Below, in pieces: positions 27,164 through 38,321 of a DNA stretch of 64,000 nucleotides. The notes under the pieces were generated by a model. The model did no database searches and was not told the origin of the DNA. It was given only the letters and a program-made list of their open reading frames with translations. Origin of the DNA: Callorhinchus milii. Taxonomy: Eukaryota. Made by a program: the position numbers and the translations under genes. The stretch lies in the NCBI RefSeq assembly GCF_018977255.1, contig NW_024704742.1:105712001-105776000 (forward strand). Reading direction: 5' to 3'. How positions within the stretch are numbered: position 1 is the stretch's first letter; every line of letters starts with the position of its first letter.

Positions 27164-27409
27164 TGGGGAGAAATTCTACCGAGACCTAGGTTTACTCTAT
27201 TATAGAGTAGATCATTTTAGAAAATTTTAATTTTACTCTTTTAGAGCCTTTAGAATTTGGCAAATTGTTGAATTCAGTCTTAAATTCAATTGTCGGTTTT
27301 CTGTATTTCTTAAAAGAGCTTGTAGAAATCTGGCTTCAATATTGAAGCTGTATTTAATAATTTGTCAAATTCTCGATGCTCTAAATGACGCAGGTGAAAT
27401 TTCTCCCCA
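27164..27409. mobile_element. Fold-back (MITE-like) element
   Basis: Terminal inverted repeats tggggagaaatt / aatttctcccca. Inner arms 27240-27277 and 27348-27385 match at 31 of 38 positions. Confidence 0.75.
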
Positions 27410-29008
27410 CACAAATACGAACAAAGAAATATATTCACAGAACAAAGACAGCAACTTTCCTTACCCATTGCCTAAAGTGACACAACATCGGCAGTTAGTC
27501 ACCCATTTAATTATGAAACAAGGTATAAATTATAAAATCTAAGCCCCCTTTTTGTTGATCGATTCATTTAAGAAAAAAGTGATCTCCAAATGTGTAAGGC
27601 GAACGATGAACAAAACTGAACAAAACGAGCCATTTGTTTTTGTGGAGCACAGAACTTGTTGGCCTCTGATGAAATGTCATTTGCAATTTGCCACAGAGAA
27701 AGCTGATTTTTAACAGGAATTTGCTGTTGGCTGGGAACTAAAAACATTGTGAAACAATAACTGCGAATGATCTCCATAAAGGGCCTTTGTTTGTAAATTG
27801 ATTTAAAACAGATTCCAGTGAGGAAGGTGTGTTAGTTGGCCTTGAATCCTGACTAGGAAAAAGTCTATGCAACCACAACTAATGTATGTTCCATCTAGAA
27901 ATTCTACCTGTCTGCGGTTTAATGTGAGAACCTCGACAAACCTTCCGAAATTCTTTTAGAAAATTATCAATCAAAATGTTACTGAAGAAACAGATGTCCA
28001 ATTACCTCAAATAGGTGTCTTTGTTGGTCTGTAACTAAATGTGGTATCAAAGTACAATGAATCCACAAAAAAACTTGCCTTGCCATTTAAATGCTGGCTG
28101 TGGGCCAAAGTGTACGTGTCTTATGCTGAAGGTCTGGGTCCACTCGACTCACGAAAGCCAGGCTGCACTTTCGTGCAGAAATCTCCAATCTGTCATTCCT
28201 TCTCTTTCATGCTTGTGTGATTATGGAAAATTATTTCGGACAGGAAAAAAATGTTTCGGAGGTAGCCGAGTAGATAGGTTTCCCTGACTGTGACCGCACG
28301 CTAAGGAGCTCCATCAAATGCAGTAGCGGGGAACTGTTTCTGATTCTTGATCTGTGCGTGACACTCTGAGCAGCCAAATATGGGAATGGTTCTTTCAGCT
28401 ATGTAAATCTTCATTGAACCTTCATCGGAGAAATCTCTCGCTTGTCCTTCTTTTGAATGAATCGTTAATCCGATATCCCGCTTGCCTGTTGGTTCGGGCG
28501 TATATAGAGGGACCTCCTCTGCTGCTATTTTCAAAGAAAAGTGGGCATTTTTCTAATGGCGTCTATTTCCTATGCAATCTCAATTCCCCCCCCAAAAAAT
28601 AAATCATTTTAATTGGCTACCCATCTCATTACTGCTAGCGCAAATTAGCTTCCGCGTTTGACTTACAACAATATTCAGTTCAGGTCTAATTAATCTAATT
28701 TTGCCGAGTGTTTTGAGACCTTCCTTTATGTGAAAGGCGCTATGTGAATTTAAGTTGTTGTTTTAACCTCCAGATACTCATTATACATTGGAATGCACTG
28801 AACCCTCATTGTAATGCTCTCTTCAGAAGCCACCCGTGAAATGTGCTGTGAAGCAAGTGTTTTGCAATACTGGAGAGGGGCAATGCTGGTTATATTGGAG
28901 AATGTGCTCGATAAAGCAGGTGCTTTGCAGCAAGCTTTTCTGTTAGAGATAGACATTTAATTGTCGCTATATGTTCTGAAGTTAAAAAGTCCTATTAATA
29001 GCCTGAAA

Positions 29009-29010
<2 letters not shown>

Positions 29011-29042
<32 letters not shown>
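29011..29042. repeat. (CT)n microsatellite
   Basis: About 16 perfect CT units. Confidence 0.97.
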
Positions 29043-29044
<2 letters not shown>

Positions 29045-31769
29045 GAGCAACCAAGCAGTGTTGATGATATTGACAAAAATGGATTAAACATCATTGAAGA
29101 GGAAGAGGAGCTAGAATTGTCACTGAATGGATTCGATTCACATGATTTGGCACAAGGCAAACCAACATATTCTGTATCACTGTTGAATCCTTCTCCCAAC
29201 CCCCCATGCCCGCCCGCCCCCCCACCCAACTCCTCACCGAGGTGGCGCAAATTCAGGGAGACACGATAAGAACAAAGGGTTTGATTTTTGAACACAGATT
29301 TTGCAAGTGACACCTTTCGGACCTGTCACTGCAAAAGCATCAGTTCAGCAGCCTGAGGGTTAACGGATATGAACTGTCGTGCTTCTTCCCAGCACACACT
29401 AGTAAGGCAGCTCTCCATCAGGGCTCCATGCTGCGTGTAAGCTGGGTTCTTTTTTGCTTAGAATTATCCGGCCCAGTCAGTCTGGTTCAGCTGTGTTAGT
29501 CATGCCGGTTAATGTTAATAACATGTAGGACAGATCAAAGGACCCTCAGCAGCGCGAGAGAGCAAGACAGACATTTAATAAACTCCTCACAAAACTGCGA
29601 CATCCATCAGTACAGGTGTTTTAATGTGAGCACCTATGCTAGGCGCTTAAAGTCAACTTTTATATACCAACAACAACAAGTTGCATTTATGAAGGACCGC
29701 TCACGCAGGGTGGTGTCTCAGAGCGCTTGACAATGGCGGAGCACGACATCGAGCTGAGAGGATTATGCCCCCAAGTGGTGGGCACGTTTAATAAAACTAC
29801 TGCTCATCACAGACAATGCCATAGACATTCCTGCTTATTCAAGTGATTCAACTTTACACTTGGTACTTCGATTGTGTTTGATTGTAAGATATCGAAACTC
29901 CTTCCATTTCTAGTGACCTCCTCGTCTCCAGTGTTGACTCCTTGCTCTGTGACTGAGTGGTGGAGGGAGGGGGAAAAGGGAGTATAGAGGAGAGGGCTGT
30001 GTTCACTGGGCCACAGTCCTGTGTTATTGAAAAGCAGGTTGAGCTAGAAACCTCAATTCTCATATGGATTTTTTTAAAGAAAAATAATGAAGCGCTATCC
30101 TCATTATAAAGCCAGATGTAACACTGGCTCCATTTATAATGCTACTGCACTGGGCTCCCAACTCTCTCCTGTTGCACTGTGTGTTGTTGTGGGACATTCG
30201 CTGCGGCACATGCCTCATTACAGACCAAAAAATACTTGGCAACTAAAGGTAATGTTATAACAAGAGTGGGGGGTAACTTTAATGCTGCTTTTTATAGTGG
30301 AGTTTTGGCACAGTGCCACATCTTTTTTGGATACTTGACATGAAGCCAGTGTGAAACGCATGCTTGGATATTTGGGCTGTGATTTGAGCCCGCTCAGGAG
30401 AGCACAGGTAACGATGGGATAAATCTACTGGTCATTTGTTATTTGTCACATCAAATGTTCCCAGGATGAGCTGGAGGTGCATGGAACCATTTCCCCTCCC
30501 CCGACCTCAAATGTTGCCGTGGTCAGTGAGCCGTAAATCTATAGAGCACAGGACGGTTAATGCTTTTCAGTCTTTACAATGTGAATTGAACTAACGGATC
30601 AAGGTTTCAACTTAACCCTGACATCATACTGATCAAGGCAGGCTTCGTATAAGCTGCCGGTATGTGTTACGATTGACATTGAACATATTTATCACATGGA
30701 ATGTACCTAGAGGCAAATGCCCTTCCATGCCGTTCTCAGTGACAATATCTTTAAAGCCGGATCTATGAAGCATTGGATTTCTGGCTTGCAGACTAACATG
30801 CGACTACTGGCTAGCGGGATATCAGCCTTTTACTAAATCAAAATCTGAGAGTAGCCAGTATTCCACTTACTATCAGTCCAACACCCAATTCATCTAGTTG
30901 TAACCTCTTTCTGATGTAGGTGGAGGTTTACGGAACAACCACTCTGAGAGATAACACTTCTTTAAGCAAATGGCCCTTGCCGGACAGTGTATGGGCGTTT
31001 CCTCCTTTATGAGTAAATTAATCTCACGTGAACCTCGGAGACTACCAGGACTTCAGTACACAAACCCTGCTTTGTGTCAAAAATCCAGGAGGATAAATCG
31101 TTTACTCCTGGATCTTTTATTTTCATACTGAAATGCCATTGTATTGTCATAACAACGACAACTGATAATGTTTTAATAACAGGGATAGTGTAAATATGCA
31201 ACATAACGCATTATTATCATGTGTCAGTTAATTGAATTCTGGGCAAATACTGTCATGAGCAAAAGGATGTGAAACAATAATGATACTTAAAGAGAAAAGG
31301 TACAATTCAGGAGTGAACCAGTCTTTAACTCTTACCTGCCTTCTCTGGTTGTGGAGTGTATTTATTAACGGATATGGCGACCCTGAAGAAATTCTGGAAA
31401 TGGGTGTCATTCCTGTTAGTGGCTGAATAGCCTGATCCCATTACGGAATGCTGGATTCCAGCTGGGATCTAATGGCACAGTAACAGGCTGACTGGGGCTG
31501 CAAGAGCGCGGTTGGGGGGGGGGGGGGGGAGCTCTGATGCGAGACTCCTAAGCAATGACAGCCCCATGCTGCTTTCTAAGTTGTCTCGTCCTCAGGTTGA
31601 ATATCTGTAAACAATGCGGACATGTGGAGTGGCATGGCACATCTCAGTGAAACTCCATGTTAAAGGTAATCGGTAGTCTATTTTACCTCATTAGTATATT
31701 TTGGCTTTCAGTCACCAGCATTTTCAAAAGAGGAAAAAAAAGGCGCTCGACTAGGTTTTCCCTTCATGG

Positions 31770-31908
31770 TGGTTTATGAGACATTGCTGTACAGAAATTG
31801 GTTCCCGTGCTCCCCTGCAAAACACATATTTTACAGTATATCCTGTGAAGCGCTTTTGAGACGTCCTCCTGACATGAATGACACTATACCAAATGCAAGT
31901 AGTATTAC
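31770..31908 (+). mobile_element. SINE 3' fragment
   Basis: gacattgctgtacagaaattgg...tgtgaagcgcttttgagacgtcc...caaatgcaag. Confidence 0.8.
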
Positions 31909-31975
31909 AGTGAGTGGCCCTCATGATTGAGTTGCCCATAAGATGAGGTTCAACGGCATTAGCAGATTAAACTAA

Positions 31976-32450
31976 ATCCTCAGGTTGTCTGGCTTATACG
32001 ATTTCCATTCCGGCTTTTGGCTCTCACTCCGACGGCAGCTTCCATCTTTCAAGTCCCCTTTCCCTCTGATAAACAGAGGATTGACTTTGTTGTGCAGAAA
32101 TCCGAATGCAGACCGGGAAAGGGTTAATACTTCTGGCTTAAGCTCTGACAAAGCTATCAGAGCACTCGGTTTAGCTAATGATTTATAAGAGACAAAAGCC
32201 CATGGATTTGTAAAATCATTGGTTATCCACTGCACAGACCTGACCGGTCAGGTCCAATGATTCATTCATCCACTGTAGAAAATGAGGCACTGGAGAATCC
32301 AGTTTGAGGTCCTGTATCCCTCTCTTTTTGCAATGTATTGAAAACCTTTCTTTACGATACACTCCGCAGAGCATCCTCAGGTTGCCTGGCTTATACGATT
32401 TCCATTCCGGCTCTTGGCTCTCACTCCGATGGCAGCTTCCATTTTTCAAG
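31976..32450 (+). repeat. Pair of 78-bp direct repeats (31976-32053, 32373-32450) around a 319-bp spacer
   Basis: 74 of 78 bases identical; all four differences are C/T. Confidence 0.95.
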
Positions 32451-33747
32451 CAATTGCTGGTTTTGACTCTGAGGGTGGGAGGGTTAGGAAGGGGGCAGGG
32501 GGTGAAAAGCTGACATGCACATGACAGGAACTTGAATCAGACCTATTCTTCAAGAATTGTTTGGTTTGGATCAAATTAAACTCGGGAGGAAATGGTGAAC
32601 AGCTCCGCTGGGAAGCGGGGACCATGTGGGATAAATTAGCAACTGCAGTGCTAGGCTTGATGGAAGGACTGAGTGGTATTATCAGAGAATGGCTAGGAGG
32701 CACTTTTATCACGTCTGGCAGAAGAATAAACCCTTAGTATCCAAGTGTCACCTCTTCAAGGGGTGTTCAGCACCTTGAACTCCTCACAGAAAAGCAGCCT
32801 CCAGCAAGGTTTGAAAACTGACCCAGACGATATCATTTTTGGAAAAAAAACAGGGCTGTGTAGAATACATCACAAAGCTTTCAAAAAAATAGACAGAATT
32901 GAAAAATAAGTCATTCCTCAGTAGTTTTGAAGGTTCGGGAGCTTTCCGTTGCTTGTTGCTAGAGGTGACGGCCTGATGGATTGAGCCTGAATTTGCTTCC
33001 AATTGTACTTGGGCCCCAATAGTGCTGTGAATCACCTCACAGTTGTAGGATCAGGTCACAAACAATCTCTATTAATTTTTGACAGGGAGGGAGGGAAACA
33101 ATAAATGAGCTGTTAAACATACCATTTGGTATGAGACATAATACAGCCCCATACCCTGCAGGAAAGGCAGTGCCTGGAAGAGGCTGTGGTAGTCCACATT
33201 GCTGTTAGATCTTGTGTGTTTTCCCCCTGTGAGCTATTTCCATGGGGAGGAAGTGCCTTTCACTGGAAAGTGCAGTGGCAGCTCAGACATGCAGAATCTT
33301 AACTGGGTTCTTTAGTTTCTTATCCAACGCCTTCTCACCTTGTCCCAGGAGTGTACTCATCCCTACTTGGGGAAATAACTAACATCCCTACTTTCCCCTG
33401 AGCCCTCCCACCCACACCTAGCGTCATATCTACAAGAAAAAACAAGGTGCCAAGAGATGGTTGGTATTGAAAAAGACAGCAGCTGGAGGGGAGGGAGAGA
33501 GGAGCAGCTCTGCTGTTTGTAGTCTGAACTATTTCAGGCCAGGCTTCCCCTGAGAGGATCACTGCTCACAATAGTTGAGGCTGTACTTCATTTTGTACCT
33601 AATTATGATTTTAACAGATAATTTACTTTTCTTAAAATGCTGGGGGATGGAGATCTCAGGTGGCAGAACTGACAAGCTCCGTCCGGGATTCATACCTCGG
33701 TCAGTGTAAAAGTGACTGAGAGGCAGACGGCTGAGGGGAGTGGGGAT

Positions 33748-33845
33748 CAATCAGTGAATCAATGCATCAATCAAACAATCAATCAATCGGCCTGTCTGTC
33801 TGTCTCTCTGTCTGTCTGTCGGGCTGGCTGGCTGTTTGTCTGTCT
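33748..33845. repeat. Compound (TCAA)n, (CTGT)n and (GGCT)n microsatellite
   Basis: Visible directly, imperfect. Confidence 0.85.
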
Positions 33846-34219
33846 CTCTTCAGGAATGTGTAAATAAACATCAATTTAAAGGCCTTCTCAGGTATTATTT
33901 TCCCTGTCTGAATCTCATTATTTTTATGAGCACCTCTGGTTTGAATAAGCTTTTAATGGGGAAATAGGGAACAGGGGGTTTGCATTTGTTTTGAGCTGGG
34001 ACCCGGCTCTTCAGTGTATTGCCCTGTGTCAGGCCAAGCTTGCTCGTCCTCAGCCAACAAAGTCAAAATGGTCTCTATGCACTGACAAAGAACGAAGACC
34101 ACCCCTGAACAGCTTTGTGCAGAAATAACCCTGTGACTGCACTGTTTTGGGGGATGAAATCTGAAGGGATCTGGATTGTGAACATTGCTTAAGAAAGCCT
34201 TATTAAGGCAGCCTGAGTT

Positions 34220-34424
34220 TTGGAATACAGTCCCTTCATCTCGCCCCCTCTCTTGCCTCCTTCAAGGTCCATCTCAAGACCCTCCTCTTCGACCGCGGTC
34301 ACCCTCCTACCCCCACCGTCCCTAACCTCCACCCGTCCTGATCCCGACTCTTTGACTGTCCAGCGCCTTGAGACGTCCTCCCGATGTGAAAAGTGTTATA
34401 CAACTGTCATTTGTTGTTGTTGTT
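34220..34424 (+). mobile_element. L2 LINE 3' fragment
   Basis: tggaat (WN)...tccttcaaggtccatctcaagaccctcctcttcgac (SFKVHLKTLLFD), then the tail and (GTT)n. Confidence 0.88.
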
Positions 34425-34754
34425 AAATAACATTTTTAGAGGAGGCTATAATTAATATTTCCAATTTTTTAAAAATGATCCCTTCAGGTAGACCAACAGC
34501 TATTGCTAGACTATTGTTATTGTTTCAATTAGTTTTTATGTTTCCCCTATTCCCTCACCAAGGTCTCCTGATCCTATACCACACACTAAATCTGCACATG
34601 GCTTGCTGCCTGCCAGGCTTCTGCTAGTGTTGTTGTATAACCAGCGCTTCTTTTATTGCTGTGTTATTAACAAACTTCGTCCAAGGCCCCAAGCGCAGTG
34701 AGGTCGAAAGCAACAAGAGAGAAAATAATGTAAATTGAGAAGTAATGCTTTGAT

Positions 34755-34990
34755 TTTAAAAGCCTGCAGATTGCAGCAGGTCGATGAGGCTGAGGGAAGG
34801 AATGAATGAGTTCACAGACTTGAAGTCCTGGGAAAGAAAAATTGGATGAAGAGCTGAGGAACTGTAAGAGTGGCAGGGGAGGGGAAGAGAAGGATAGAGT
34901 ACAAGAGCATGGTTGTCAGTGTCAGACAGAGGGTGTGGATGGGAAAGAGAGGAGTCATGTGAGAACAAACTACTGTCCAATTTTCCAACA
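34755..34990 (-). mobile_element. Old CR1-group LINE ORF2 C-terminal relic
   Basis: Minus strand reads QFFFPRTSSL followed by shifted NS, similar to the SFFPRT..LWNSLP motif. Confidence 0.5.
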
Positions 34991-36520
34991 CATTGGAAGA
35001 AAAGCAGCTGGCTGTGCAAAACTTTGTGTGAGGAGTCACCGATGAATTGGCCCCACAGTATTTAGTGTTGCTATCCTTACTGAGGAGCACTCTCTCGAAT
35101 TCTCATGCCTCTTACCAAAACCTAAATCCCTTTCCATAACTCTAGTACCACGAGAAGCCAGTTATCTAAAGGAAATGCTATGATCGTGTCTGGGATGTCT
35201 CTTTGTGTTGGGTGTCCCTGAGGAGTCTCTGCAGCGAGGCAGGGTGTCTGATAAAAACGTCTGTAATTTTGCAGCCAGCATTCAAAATCCTACCGCTCCA
35301 GCTATTGTATCTCTCAGTCAGGCCCCACTGGGAAGCACTCATTTTTTCTGCCAAGTCAAATTTTTGTGTGAGTTGCATGTATTGTTTTCCCCTCTATTGT
35401 CTGTGCTCAGCAGTCCAAACTGTTGACCCTTCAATGTCCTGTTTTAAAATTCAGCAGATAACATTCTTGCATCTCCAGGCTGCTATTTCGCTGCAGCCAG
35501 GGACAGTTTTCAGCATGACACGTGCCCTTTATTTTCCTGTTAGTTATTCCCTTTCTGCATTGCGTGATATATTCTTTCGTAATTCGCATCTTATTTTCAA
35601 GAAAAAAAGAACTCTCAGTTAATAACTTTTAAACGTTCTCTGTGTTTAGCTGGTTTCTACCATTGTCTCGGTGCAGTTGGGCGTCAAGAATTATTTTATC
35701 TGACAAAGTCATTTACCCCGTATAAAACCTCCTTCCCACACTTTGTTACAATGATTTCCTGGATCTCTTTCACTATTACTCTTATCTCTTTTCTTCTTTG
35801 TGACCTCATTCCATTTTCTTTGTCCTGTCATTGCTACTTTCTCCCACTGTCACCGGTAGTTCAGGAAATCAGGAGTGAATTTAAGTGATGAGAGTGTACA
35901 GGTTTGGAAACATTGTGCCTGGCAGTCAAGAGCACTGCTGACCTTTTAACTCATAGAGGCTTTGCTCAAAATGCTGCATTGCACAAATCTGAATACCTCA
36001 AGATCACAGGATTGGTTTGGATGAAGAAGGCATCGTTGTCCCAGCTCATCTCATCCTTCCAGAATGCCCACCCTACCATGTTCCCAGCACAGCATCAAAC
36101 TATTTTTTAAGTGAGTCCAACATCCTGGCCTGAATCACCCATCCTGGCAACAGTGTAGGGCAGGAAGTTTGAAATAAGAATAAAAAGGAACAAAAACTAT
36201 TGAATTTTTGGCAGAAGTTGGTTTCCTAAAGGACTTTCTAGTCAACTGTTACCGATCTTATCAGTTATAATAAAAGGATTTAACAGGCCCAGATTGCTAA
36301 AAATTGACGAACCCATGATGAAGTTACAAGGAGTAAATTGCTACATTCAACTTAGAGTAGACCTTATTGTTCTTACACCTGATGCCTCGGGTGATGAAAG
36401 AGATGCCAATTGTGATGGCCTTACAGACATGCACAATTCCAAATCTGATTTTAGATCAATGCCAAGTTAGCTGATCTCAGCCAGGGTGCTAGTGGAGTGC
36501 TACAGTTGACATGTATGGTC

Positions 36521-36654
36521 CCAGTTCTGACGAAGGGTCGTGGACCTGAAACATTGACTCACTTTCCTTTCTCCATAGATGCTGCCTGACCTATTGAGTT
36601 TTCCCAGCTCTCTTTGTTTCAGATTCCAGCATCTGCAGTATTTTGTGTTTTGTT
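36521..36654 (+). mobile_element. Penelope-like terminal-repeat fragment with a minimal hammerhead motif
   Basis: agttctgacgaagggtcgtggacctgaaacattgact...atagatgctgcctgacct...ttccagcatctgcagt, flanked by catgtRtggtc at 36510-36520 and 36655-36665. Confidence 0.8.
36524..36559 (+). ncRNA. Minimal type I hammerhead ribozyme motif, probably inactive
   Basis: Stem I AGUU/GACU, CUGACGA box plus one extra A, stem II GGGUC/GACCU and GAAA box. The stem III palindrome ACGU is changed to ACAU. Confidence 0.65.
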
Positions 36655-37469
36655 CATGTGTGGTCGTTGTTTGGAAAGGGGAGGGTAATCACCCAGACTT
36701 ATCACTCCTGATTATATCAATGATGCATGCTGAAAAGTGAGCCTATGTGGCTGTTGGGGATCGAGCTAGGATGCTGAGGGTTATTGTTGGTCTCACATCA
36801 CGGTTGGTTTGGTGAGGTAGTGGGGGGGCGGGGGGAGTTGGTTCCCAGGGAAACACACTCCCATCATCTGTTCAACCATTCAGGAAAGGAGAGGTGGATC
36901 TACCTAATGAGAAAATGGATCCAGATTACATGAAGATATAAAACCTTCAGGATAAGGGGAAAGAGGAGAATGAGATTAAATAAATAGCTTCCTTAGATAC
37001 AAATATGATGGGCTGAGTTTCAAAAGGTAAAGGCTGGAATTATATGCAAAGCAGCAGTATTGCTAGCTTCCGTTCAACCCTGCAGCTTCTGACAAACAAA
37101 TGGCATCCGCTTTCTGTGATCCGGCTATGCATCATGACCTCAGGCAGGAGCTCCTCAATACTCTTCATAGTGCTCTCGCTCAGTTTCTGTAGGCCTAGAC
37201 TTTATGATCATCGTTACTGTATGAGATAGTCATATACTCTCTTCTGCAAGAAAACTCAAGAGAGGAGTAAGTAAGCAAAGCCGCCTGGGGCAGTGATACC
37301 TAATAAGAAGCTCATGATATACTGTTGCTGGTTGCATACAGGCTGAGTCACATATTTGCGATTGAGGTTCTAATGACAATGGAATTTTTCCAGTTCTCAA
37401 TTAAAGCCAGAGGCACCTTGATCCACTTTCTCCCCACCCCAAACAACAACAGAGTCATTGTTCTACCTA

Positions 37470-37568
37470 CAAAAACAGAAGTTCGTGGGAACACTCAGCA
37501 GGTCAGGCAGCATCTATGGAGAAAGGAAAGTGAGTCAACGTATTGGGTCCACGACACTTTGTCAAAAC
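37470..37568 (-). mobile_element. Second Penelope-like terminal-repeat fragment, inverted
   Basis: Reverse complement reads gttttgacaaagtgtcgtggacccaatacgttgactcactttcctttctccatagatgctgcctgacctgctgag. Confidence 0.8.
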
Positions 37569-37949
37569 AGCCTTGGTGCTGTGATGGGAAGACGATAGGG
37601 TGGGTTTTCTGGAAGGATGAGATCAAATGGGCCAAACTCTTTTCTGATCTTGTGAGCAGCAGGAAGCCTCATATTTGTAAACTGCAAACTTTTAGCAGGT
37701 CAGACATGGCTCAAGAATCCCTAGGAGGGGAAGAACTGAAAATACTTCAAAAAGTGGGTGGAAAAAAATGTCTATAAAATACACGGTCTGAGTAGATTTT
37801 TTTTTATTCCTAGCAAAAAAAGGCTGTGTCTATCACGGTGAGAGGCTAATTCTGCCTAGGCTTTTCAGTTAGGTACTTGAAGAGATTAAAAACGGCATTG
37901 TTTGACCACGTGGAACGTTCCCTAATTGATCTCTTCAAACATGCACTAT

Positions 37950-38321
37950 TAATAATAATAATCCTTGCATTTGATATAGCACTTTTCATATCTTCTAGAC
38001 GTCTCAAAGCACTTCACAGAATATTCTGTATATTTGTGGACGAAACGTGGCAGCCAGTTGCGCGCAGCAGTGTCCCACAAACAGTCGTGACCAAATTGAG
38101 TGACCAGATCATTATTTTTTTGAGGTATTATTATCCCCGGAAAAGCGATCTGCCAATCGACTAATAACACGAACAAGATTACATTTGTATAGCTAACAAC
38201 CGGGTTCCTATTTGCTGCTAGGTAAACAGAGGTGTGCAAAGAAACTTTGCCCTGTCCAGGAAACGAACCCAGGTCTCTCTCTTGCGAGGCAAGTGTTCCA
38301 ATCACTGAGCTACAGGACTCC
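37950..38321 (-). mobile_element. Young SINE, long variant, full length, with a small nested insertion
   Basis: Minus strand starts GGAGTCCTGTAGCTCAGTG, has B box GGTTCGTTTCC and ends in an (ATT)n tail. Confidence 0.95.

Larger units (their letters stand above)
36461..36880 (+). mobile_element. Ancient SINE relic, interrupted by the Penelope-type fragment
   Basis: agttagctgatctcagccaggg...gctacagttg matches the antisense copy at 43895-44135. Right boundary approximate. Confidence 0.6.
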
